Assembly: GCA_964016885.1 (NCBI GenBank)
Contig: OZ024740.1
Span: forward strand, 83,080,001-83,144,000
Origin: Eledone cirrhosa
Taxonomy: Eukaryota
DNA: 64,000 nucleotides
Direction: 5' to 3'
The translations under genes and the position numbers were made by a program. Below, piece by piece: positions 53,185 through 64,000 of this stretch. The notes beneath the pieces were generated by a model, which was not told the DNA's origin, ran no database searches, and saw nothing but the letters and a program-made list of their open reading frames with translations. Each line of letters starts with the position of its first letter. Position 1 is the stretch's first letter.

Positions 53185-56100
53185 CTTTCTTTATTATCCA
53201 CAAGGTTTTACACAAAGTAGACATTAAGGCCAGTACAGGACAATACAGGACGGTACAAAAGGGCATTTCCGCGTGTAAAAAAAAACATGAAACAGAGGAT
53301 GTAATAATAGAAGAATGAAAAAATTCCGCAATAAGGGGGAGACTTCCGAGGGACATTCGTGGAGAAAGCCCATTCTAAAGCCACAGTGACCCTGACCATC
53401 AGGGCAAGTGCCCTCTCCCAGTTTTCCACCTTTAATTTACAGACACATACTCAAAGTAGGCGCATTCACTCGGGCCATTCTTGCCTCTCTCACCCTTCTT
53501 TCAACAAAATGCTGGAAAGAGAGCACTTCCCTCTCTACCCTGATTTTCCTTTTCAAATGAAATTTGAAAAAGTTAATCAGGGCATCACCGAAGAGGTAAG
53601 TGCTCGTCTTCAACCATTTCAAACGTGTCCACCATACTATCTTTTTCGCCATGGCCACCAGACAGATAAAAACTCCCTGCCCTTCCCGGCTAAAGGAAGA
53701 GGGCGGGGAAATCCTCACGATGGACTCAGCTGATAGCTGGATCGGTCCTACACGCGACAGCAGGTGTTCGACATAAACCAAGTCAGCAATGCTCGAGCAC
53801 TGGACGAGTGCATGCAGGATGGTTTCGTCGCCCTGCGCGCATCTCGGAAATGCCCGGCTGACGGCACCTCCATGCCTGTAAAGTTTATCCCGAACTGGAA
53901 AAGCTCCTCGGTTGCACTGCCAGGCCAGGGTTTCTGGAAGTTGTCCATAGGCCCCGGCCCGAAAGTCCTTCCGATGAAATTGGCTGGTTGATTTTCGTTG
54001 ACGCCTAGAGTTTCTCCAAGTACGTCGTCGCGCTTCCCCTCCACTAATCCACTATAGAACGCCAAGGTGGAGTTTCCACCGATCACATTGCCCCCTTGGT
54101 AGAGGGCTGTGAATGCCTGAAGACATTCCAGTCTCCAAGCGCTCCCTCTCGGTCTCCCCTTGACCCAGGTCTGCAGCTCCGTCAAGGAGACGAGCTGGGG
54201 AAAGACGCGTCTAGCAAACGGCGACCACACCTGATTACCGTCGAGGAGGAGGTGGAGATGTCGTAGCCTGAGCGCGTGTCTGCGCATCATCAGCAACGGC
54301 ATTCCCAGCCCTCCACGTAGCGGGTGTTGACAGCAGATGGACCGCCTGACCATCAGAGCGCGTACCTTCCACAAAAAGCGAAAGAGCAAACGCTCCAACG
54401 CAGTCAGGCGGGGTTTAGGACAAGGTACGACTACGGTGTTATCGTCCGCATATGCTGACATGATCTTCCGCATCCTAGTTTGCGCGGGACACTCCCTCGA
54501 CGTCTCCAGTTTGTGAAGTAATGGCTCGAGAGTCAATACGTACAAGAGGGCCGAGAGAGGACATCCTTGGCGGACCGAGCGCATGATGTTGAACGCTTCC
54601 GAAAGGTGACTGTTCAGTCTCACCACAGAGCAGATGTTGCTGTGCATGGCAGCGATCGAGCCTCTGAAGACGTGTCCAAAGCCAGCCGCCCTGAGGACTG
54701 CCGCTATATAACGTTGGTAGATTCTATCGAAAGCTTTCGACTGCTCTAAATTGATCAAGGACTCACCCGTGCCAGGTTCCCTAGCTACCCTCTCTACGAT
54801 GTATCGCATGAGGTGGAGGTTGTCGTTGATGAATCTGTCGGGAATGGTGCATGTCTGCGCCTCTACCACCAGAACACCAACAACAACCGCCAACCTCTTT
54901 GCTATTACCTTGGCCAAAACCTTGAACTCTGTGATTAGGAGAGTTATGGGCCTAAAATTATCTATGTTATCACCCTTGTTCGGATCATTTCTCAGCAGCG
55001 CCACAGCTCCTCGGCTCACAGAGCTGGGAATTCTCCCGTTCTGTTGCCAGTTGCAGTAGATGTCCGCCAAGAGGCCTCCGAACAAGTCTGGCATCTGTAC
55101 GTAAAATTCATAGGGCAGATCATCCAAACCAGGCGATTTACCTCATGTGCAGCCAGTCATTGCCTCCCGTACTTCAGCAGCTGTTATCGGCTTTCCGCAA
55201 CACTCCGCCTCAGTGGCCGAGAGCCGCGGCTGTCCGGTGAGTTAGACACTAAATTCCATCGAACAGCTGTGCGAAGTGTCGCTGAAAAGCGACACATATT
55301 TGCTAGGGATCGAGTAGCATGCGCCCGTCGTGGTCCACCAAAGACCGGATCGTGGCTTTGTTGCCACGACGCGCCTCCGCCACTCGGGCCCATTGAACGG
55401 CTTTCGTCCCCTCGTGTCTGAGAGCACGCACCCTAGCTCTGACAACGCAGCCTTCGTGCTTTGCATTGAAGAATTGGCAAGATCCAATTTCGCCGCAACT
55501 ACGTCGGTCGCGATGCCTTTGCTAAGCGCCTCGGCGAATTTTCTAACTAATTCTCCCTCTGCTCTATTTTTCTCTATTGCCTTACTAAACCTAATGGACT
55601 CTATTCTAATTTCTCTTTTCAGAGCAAACCACCACTTGTTGTTGACCATGGCCCCCGTCAACGCTCGCTTAACTAGTTCGCTAATCCGGTCTCTGTAGGC
55701 CTTGCGCGCTAGTAAGGACGCGTATAGCTTCCAATAGCCGGGTCCTCGTCTATGAAGCCTATCTAAGTCAAGCACACAGATCACGAATGTGTGGTCCGTG
55801 TAGCTGACTATCTTGAATTGTGGACAGCCTATGCTAGACCTATCTATTTCTCTACAAAATACTCCATCTAGATATGATCTGGATGACCCTATGCGATTTG
55901 TCCAAGTCCACATTGGCACATTCGGGAAATCCAATCGGTACCTGTCAGACAGTTCAAAACGCCTGAGCAGGTTGGTGAGACTATTGCACCCTCCTCCCAT
56001 ATCCACTAATCCCACACAGTCCCAGCGTGCATCTAAGATCCCGTTGCAGTCGCCCACTAACACTAAAGAGCGGGACGTTCCAAGAAAGGTCTCCAGACGC

Positions 56101-58666
56101 CGGAAGAAATCAGGCCGCCCTGCTCCTGTCGGGGCATAGACGGCCACTAACCTGAAAGCTTGCCCGTCTCCGCTGGTCACGTCAAGCACCACCAACTTAC
56201 CTTCTGTGTCCAGGAAGATGGCCCGTATGGCAAGATCCAAACCTCTCCGAAAAAGCACAGCAACTCCCCCCCCCCCCGATCCCGGACGGCTGGGAGATCC
56301 GTACACATCGTAGCCGCCGAAGATCGGTGCGAAGGCCCGTGCTTCGAAGATTCTGGTATTGCTGATGGCCACTACATCTATGTTTAGTGACCTGAGGTCG
56401 TTGAGCAGGTGGCCCTGCTTCCATTACGACCCCAAGCCATGCGCATTTATGCTGCCTATTCAGAGTGAGGTCATGTTGAAATGGAGTGGAAAAGATGGGA
56501 AAGACAACGTACCTTACTTCTCGTAGAGGAACGACGGTTTCTCCATCCTTTTCACTGCTTGTGGCCACCTCCAGGAGGATGTCCTTATAAATCTTCCTGG
56601 AGAGTGCTTGTCGGAAGTCTCCGATGTCTTTGGGGAATTTTTGTTTTAGTGTCATGTACGTTTTCTGTGTGATGCGAGTGATTTGTATGTGTGGAGGAGG
56701 TGTGAATTTTTAGGTTGTTGTGTAGTCTTTTTCTGTGATGCTAGTGTTGTGTTGGATGTAGTGTAGTAATTGGTTGTTGTTCAAATTTAATGCTGTGCAG
56801 TGTGTATCATTTTGGTTGTTTTGTTTTGTTTGCGTTTCGCATTTTGGTGACTTTTGTGGTGTAGGTGATGGTGGTGTTGGGGTTAATGATGGTGATGGTG
56901 TTGGTGTTTGGGGTGATGGGTTTGGTGATGCTGATGTGGATGGTGGCATGTCTGTCCTAACTTTTTTGTTTGATAGTTTATTTGTTTCATTCTGTATTTT
57001 GTTTTGGGATGGGGAAGGAAGAAAATCTTTTTCTTTTTTGGTTTCTTTTTTTCTTTTTTTTGATACCGTTTCCCACTCCTCGTCGTCGCAATCTGTCTCC
57101 AGTTGAGATAGGCCGGGGAGTGGAAAATCCTCCACTGGCGTTAGTTTTGGTTGTGGCGTGGTGGATGGTGTAGGCGCTGGTGCTAGTTCTGGAGCGTTGG
57201 GTGGTGGTGTTGTTGGTTTTGCTACTGTTGCAGGGGTTGTTGCTGTTATAGTTGCTTCTGTTGTTGCTGTTACAGTTGTTGCTGCCATCTCTGCTGCTGG
57301 TGATGTTGATGGTTGAGTCACAGGGGTGGGTAGGAGAGGTGGCCTCAACCTTTTAGCCTGAGGGCAGAATGCCCTTAGGAATGTTCATTCACCCCAAACG
57401 ACACACCTAGGCCTTCTGCCCTCGACAGTTACGGTGAGGTGGCTGCCGTCAGTGAGGTCTATTACCTCTGGGATCTCCTCAATGCTTTTTTGGTCCGCTT
57501 GGATCAGGAGCTCCATCCCAGATCCGGACCAGTTCTCCTGGTTGTCCTTCGCTATTGCTATTATCTTTGTGTTGGCTTCGATGCCGGTGAGGACGGCAGC
57601 TATTAACCAGGGAATTTCGATGGCCGGTGGACGTGGGTCACCCTGATCTTTACGAGTCTCTGGCCACAATAGCTTTGGACGAGTGTGAAGTCGTCACTTC
57701 TTAATGGGGCCATGGAGTGTTCTCTAGCCTCCTCTGGTGTTTCAAAGACCACGTCCACGGTTCCATACTTCTGCCCACGTCTGATGTGGGTTTTTCTTGC
57801 CCACACATGTCCCAAAGATTTTTGGATTTGGGACTCGGATGCCCGTTCCACTCGGTGCAATTTTATATTAATTGTTCGAAAAGACACGGTGCATAGGCGC
57901 CGATGCTCCATTTTATTAGATATGGGGGGAGGGGGTGGCTAACCCTGTACCCATCTTTCTTTACCTTGCTTTTGGCATCTTCTAATTCCTCCTGGGTTAC
58001 CTGAAATGCTTCGCACTGTTTCGCTACTCTGGCAAAACTCAGGGAGGTTTTCTTAATGTCATTGTTGCTGTTGTTGTTATCGTTATTTTTGTTATTATTA
58101 ATTTTAGTTACAGTTCTGGTGGTGGTGGCGTCTGTGGTGTTCGGTGTGGAAGAGTTCATTTTGGTTTAATTCATTTCGACATCACGAGTTAATTTATTTT
58201 TTTTCTTTTGTTTTTGTTGTCGCGGTGCTGGTGGAGGTGGGGGTTGTCGCGGTGGTGGTGGTGGTGTCGGCGGCTTTACCACCTGCAGTCATTGGTAATG
58301 GCGGGAAATGAATGTCTGCATGAAACAAATTTAAAATATTGCTACTGCTTATATTTTTAGTGTTGGCAAACATAGTAATATATACAATGGTGGTGTCGGT
58401 GTGAGGTGTTATTTTGTGAGGAAGGCTCTCAGCTACTGAGTCGGCCATGATTTTTCAAAGAAAATCTTTTTTTGTTTCATAATTATAAAAAGTTTAAATG
58501 TTCGGCTCAAGGCCCCAATCTTTGTTGGTGTCCTTTTCGGAAAACAATGTATGTGCGCTTATATACAATTAACCTTAAATATTTTCCATAAATGGCAATT
58601 TTTAACAAACGGAAACAAGAAACCTTTGCGGAGCTCACGATGATACGATTTACTACGTAGGTCGCC
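53184..58666 (-). mobile_element. Tx1-clade LINE copy 3, both ends present, internal RT deletion
   Basis: Same leader and 3' end as copy 2; ORF1 ~56508-58448, ORF2 ~53437-56474; (TAA)n on both sides. Confidence 0.92.
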
Positions 58667-58708
58667 AATAATAATAATAATAATAATCATAATAATAATA
58701 ATAATAAT
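58667..58708. repeat. (TAA)n tract between tandem Tx1 copies 3 and 4
   Basis: Directly visible. Confidence 0.95.
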
Positions 58709-61700
58709 GGTTCCTTTATTGGCCACAAGTGCTCTCACGTAGAAAAACATTAGAGAACGCACAGAACAAAACAGGACGATACAAAGTGGCTTTTGGTCGT
58801 GTAAACAGGTTATAACAATATCGGACTAGAAATTCAAAAAAATTCAAACAACAAAAATTCCTCAAGAAGGGGGGAACCTCCGAGGGTCACTCGTGTCGAA
58901 AACCACACAATAGACCAAGTCCACCCTGACGAGCAGGGCATGCGCCCTCTCTCACCTTTCCTACTCATCAATCTACAGGCGTATACCCAGAGCGTGCCCG
59001 GTCACTCAGACCAGACTCGCCACTTTCGCCCACCTTTCAACAAATTTACTAGAAGACAGCACTTGTCTCTCCAACCTGATTTTCCTCTTCAAGTGAAACT
59101 TGAAAAAGTTAATCGGGGATTGGCCGAAGAGCAAAGTGTCCTTCTTCAACCCTTTAAATCTTGTCCACCACACAATCTCGTTCGCTATGGCCACCAGGCA
59201 GGTGAAAACTTCCTGCCCTTGCACATCTTTAAATGAGGATGGCGCGGCTATCTGCACAATGGACTCAGTCGATAACCAGATCTGTCCCCAGCAATCCTCG
59301 GGCACTGAATGAGTGCGTGCAGGACGGTTTCGTCGCCCTGCGCGCATCTCGGACAGGCTCGGCTGACAGGTCCTCCGTGCCTGTAGAGCTTATCCCGAAC
59401 CGACAACGCTCCCTGGTAGCACTGCCAGGCCAGGGATTTCTGGAACTTGTCCATAGGCCCCGGTCTGAAATTTCTCTTGAAGAGAGCGAACAGCTGATCG
59501 TCTTAGACGCCAAGTGTCTCCCCGAGAACGTCGTCGCTCTTTCCTTCCACTAGCCCTCTATAGAACGCCGAGGTGGATGTTTCACCGATACTAGTGCCCA
59601 GCCGGTAGAGCGCCGTGAGAACTTGGAGACATTCCTGCTTCCAAGCGCTGTTCTTAGGTGTTTTCCTGATCCAGGATTGCAGCTCCGTCAAGGAGACGAG
59701 CTGGGGAAAAGCGCGTCTGGCAAACGGCAACCACACCTGTTCACCATCAAGGAAGCACCAGAGATGTCGCAGCCTCAGCGCATGTTTGCGCATCATCAGC
59801 CACGGCATGCCTAGTCCTCCACGCAACGGGTGTTGACAGCAAATGGATCGTCTGACCATGGGAGCACGTCCCTTCCACAAAAAGCGGAAGAGAAGGCGCT
59901 CCATTTTGGTCAGAGTTGCGGGGCAAGGTACGACGAACGCTATATACGCATTTGCCACCTCCACCCGACCTTTCAGAGACAGCCTCCTCTCGGCCCATTT
60001 CTGGGTGAGGGAGGCACCGTGGTTGTCACCTCGCTCCAGTTTTTCTCCATCTGGAGGTCCGGAGCGAACCATACCCCGAGCAATTTAACTGGTCCTTCCG
60101 TCCAGCGCCCCACGACGCTGTTGGACGGCATGGACTTCCCTCTCCAGGTGCCGATTTGCAAGCCCACCGCATTTACCTGGTTTATCTTTGCTCCTGTCAC
60201 CGCTTCGTATTCCTTGAGAGCGGTGCCGAGCATCTGGACGTGTTTGGTGTTCGACACCACTACGGTGACGTCATCTGCGTAGGCCAACACGGATCTCCCG
60301 CATCCCTGTTTGAATGGGACCCCTTTCATCGTCTCCAATTTGTGTAGTAAAGGCTCTAGGGCCACTACGTACAAGAGGGACGAGAAGCGGCAACCCTAGC
60401 GGACCGAGAAAATGATGCTGAAAGCAGCGACAGGTGACCATTTACCCTCACCATCGAGCAGATGTCGCTGTTCATCGCATCGATCCAGACCCTAAAAATA
60501 GGCCCGAAGCCGGCGGCTCGAGCACCGCAGCCAGGGCCGATGCTCGTCCCTATGAAATGCTTTAGATTGATCCGATTGATCAGGACCCCACCCTTGCCAG
60601 GTTCGTTAACCACCCTCTCTATGATGTATCGCCTTTAGATGGAGGTTGTCGTGGATGGATCTGTCCGGGATGGCGCATGTCTGCGCCTCTGCCACCAGAT
60701 CACCGACGACAAGCGCCAATATATTTGCTAAACCTTGGCCCAAATCTTAAACTCTTCGTTTAGCAGAGTTATAGGCCTCAAGTTCTCTATAACCTCCCCC
60801 TTGTTCGGGTCTTTTCTCAGCAGCACCAGCGCTCCCTGGCTCAGAAAACTGGAAATGTTCCCGTTCTGCTGCGAGTTTCAGTAGATATCTGCCAAGAGGT
60901 CGCTGAACAAGTCTGGCATGTACGCATAAAGCTCGTAGGCAGACCATCCAAACCTGGCGATTTATCACTCGTGCAGTCAGACATCGCTTCTCGTATTTCA
61001 CCTGCTGTTATCTGCTTTTCTCAGCACTGCGCTGCGGTCGTCGTGAGCCGCGGCAGTCCGTCGAGGTATGCACCGAAGTCCATACGCCGAACCGGCCCGT
61101 CGCCGCTCCCGAACAATTGAGCAAGGTGCTGTTGAAAATCCACACAAACTGCTCGGGTTCGAGCAACATGCGCCCGTATTGATCAGGCAAAGAATTGTGG
61201 ACATGTTGCCACAAATTGTGGACTTGCTGCCACGTCGTGCATCCACCACCATGGCTCACTGAACGGCTTTCATCCCCCCGTGTCTTAGAGAACGCGCTCT
61301 AGCTCTGACAACGCAGCCTTCATGCTTTGCGTTGAAGAATTGGTCGAGTGCCAATCTCACCGCATGCACGTCGGTTGCGATGCCTGTCCTAAACGCGTCT
61401 TCTAGCTTTCTAACTAACTCTCCCTCTACTCTATTTCCCTCTATCACTACGCCTTTGTTAAACCTTATCGATTCTACTCTAATACCCCTTTTCATGGTAA
61501 GCCACCACCTGTTGTTGACGATCGCACCCGTCAACACGCTTAACTAATTCGCTTATCCGGTCTCTGTAAGCTTTGCGCGCCGGGAAATACGCGTTTAGTT
61601 TCCAGTAGCCAGGCCCTTGCCTATGTCTATCTAAGTCAACTTCACAGATCTCAAATGTGTGGTCCGTGTATTCGACTACTTTAAATTGTGGACAAGCTAC

Positions 61701-64000
61701 ACTATTCCCTACAGAATGCCCTATCTAAATAGCATATGGATGAACCGATATGGTGTTCCCATGTCCACAGTGGCACATTCGGATAAACTAGTCTATAACT
61801 GTCATCAGTTCAAAACGTCTCAGCACGTTGTTGAGGCTTTTACACACTCCTGCCCTGTCAACTAACCCCACATAATCCCAGCAAGCATCTAAGATACCGT
61901 TCCAGTCGCCCACTAACACTAAATAGCGGACCATGCAAGAAAGATCTCTAGACGTCTGAAGAAATCTAGCCGTCCTGCCCCTGTTGGGGCGTAGAAGGCT
62001 ACTAGCCTGAAAGCATTGCCTTCGCTGCCGGTCATGTCCAGCACCACCGACTTACCTTCTGGGTCCAGCCAAGATGGCCCGTATGGCGAGATCCCAGCTT
62101 CTCCGAAAAAGCAGGGCAACCCATCACCCGATCCTGACGGCTGGGAGATGCGTATACGTTGTAGCCGCCGAAGGTAGGTGCGAAGGCTCATGCTTCTGAG
62201 ATTCTGGTCTTGCTGATGGCCGCCACATCTATGTTTAGTGACCTGAGGTCGTTGAGCAGGTGACACTGCTTACAAGATGACTCCAGGCCACATACATTTA
62301 TACTGCTTATTCCAAGTACAGCCATGTTGGATGAGAAACGGGGAAAGTGAGAAAGGATCACTTACCTTCATCGTGTGGTGAAGGGACAGTAGAACCTTAC
62401 TTTTGGCTGGTCATGGGTGTTTCCAAGAGGATGTCGGTGTATATGGTCTTGGTAAACAACCTTCTAAATCTCCAACTGTGTTGGGGAATTTTTGTTTTAA
62501 AAGTTTGTAATGTTCTGTTTTAATTTGAATGATGTTTATGCTTGTCGGGAGAGTTCTTGGTGTTGGTGGGGTGTAGTAGTTTTTCTGTGATGTCTGTGTG
62601 CTGCTTTATATGTTATAAGATGTTGGTGTTTTGGGTGATGCTGCTGGTGGTGGTGTGGTTATTGTTCGTGGTGATGCTTGTGGTGGTGATGGTGATAGTG
62701 GTGGTGTTTCTGCAAGTCTCCTTGCAGCCTTTACCCCTCTTCGTTTGCCTTCGCTTTTCGAGCGTGAAGCTAAGGGTTTCCCTTTTTGTTTTCTTTTTTT
62801 TTGCAGACCATTTGTCACTTCCCTCCCGCTTCATACTCCATATCGGATTATGTGGGGTTATGAGTTCCACTGATGTTGGTGTAGGTAGTGGAGCCCGCTC
62901 TGGCGATTGTGTCGCCGGTGTAGCTACTGCGACTGTTGGTGTTGCCGCCACTGCTCCCGTTGCTTTAGTTGTCCGTGGCCTTTGTATGGGTGCCATGGAC
63001 TTTTCCCTCCTACTCACCATGAAGTATTCTGCTTCTGTTGCCTGCCCTGCTCTTGGTAGCAGTGGATCAGGCCTCGGAAGTCGGGTGGCCCTCGTCTTGA
63101 CTGTCTTCTGCGGGCAGAAGTCCTTGAGTGACCCTTTTGCCCACAGATATAGCACCTTGGGCGCCTTCCTTCCACGTTTATAGGGAGTTGGAGACCTTCC
63201 CGAGGTCTATGATATCTGGGATGGCCTCGATGCACTCCTGGTCAGTTTGTATTAGCAGTTGCATGCCTATACCTGACCAGTTCTCTCCTCCCATTCTCTG
63301 TATTTGCAGTATGGCGGTCCTGTCCTCGATTCCAGCAAGTACAGATGCGGCCAGCCAAGGTATGGGCACGTCGGACGGAACCTGGGTCACAATTTTCTGC
63401 CCGCAGTAGGAGGGCACCAACACTATCTCCTCAGTCGTTAGGGTTTCCAAAGAGTGAGACCTCGTCTCTTGGAGGGTGGCGAAAAGTACGTCTACTCTGG
63501 CGTACTTTTTGCCTCGGGTGATGTGGGTTTTGCCCGCCCGGACGCACACCCGACCCTTTTTGATTTGAGCCTCCGTGACTCTCTCCACCCGATGTGACAT
63601 TTTACTTACGGTGCGGTAAGTCACCGTGCGGAACTGCTGGTCTTTGAAGAAATCGGGTTGAGGTTTCAGGAAAACACTATTGTTATTTCTTGTCACTATG
63701 TCTCTTGCGACTGCCATTTCCTCCTCCGTAACTAGCTCTGTCTCTATATTTCGGGCCACACCTGCGAAAGAATTGGCCGCTTTTTCAGCGGCACCATTAT
63801 TGCTGACGCTAGTGCTGCTACTGGTATTGTTTTTGGTGCTGTTGCTGTTGCTACTGCTACAAACGGTGTTGTTGGTGTTGTTGCTGTTATCACTGTTGTA
63901 GTTGGTTGTGTTTTTGGTGCCATCGTTGTTGTTTTTTCGGTGTAATTTGTATTGTTGCTGTTGGTGTTGTCATTGTTTATTTTCTTGTTAGTGGTGTTAA
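58709..64000 (-). mobile_element. Tx1-clade LINE copy 4, divergent subfamily, runs off the window end
   Basis: ORF2 ~58973-62325 (YADDVT, KLLGVWF, CPRCAQGDETVLH); ORF1 from 62360 onward (EGRRPRCYICGQKGH); 3' end AATAAAGGAACC next to (ATT)n. Confidence 0.9.

Overview
AT-rich, microsatellite-rich animal genomic DNA. The tRNA-derived SINE family resembles octopus SINEs, so a cephalopod origin is inferred. No intact host gene is visible and the window is mostly retroelements. (1) Two clusters (1-18.9 kb and 51.6-64 kb) sit in (TAA)n microsatellites. They hold four Tx1-clade L1 LINEs (APE+RT, all minus strand) and five R4/Dong-like RLE elements or remnants (all plus strand), mostly joined end to end through TAA tracts. 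(2) A central zone (19-51 kb) holds Penelope-like element (PLE) pieces of at least three RT types, mostly in (TA)n tracts. They are usually arranged as tails-outward inverted repeats and carry many minimal type I hammerhead ribozyme motifs, several with an unusual U.U pair at the base of stem II. (3) There are seven SINE copies whose 3' tail matches the spacing of the Tx1 3' end, a hAT-type MITE, and a probable decayed LRR-TM-TIR (Toll-like receptor) gene at about 21.7-28 kb. All calls come from reading motifs by eye. Boundaries are approximate and no database search was run.
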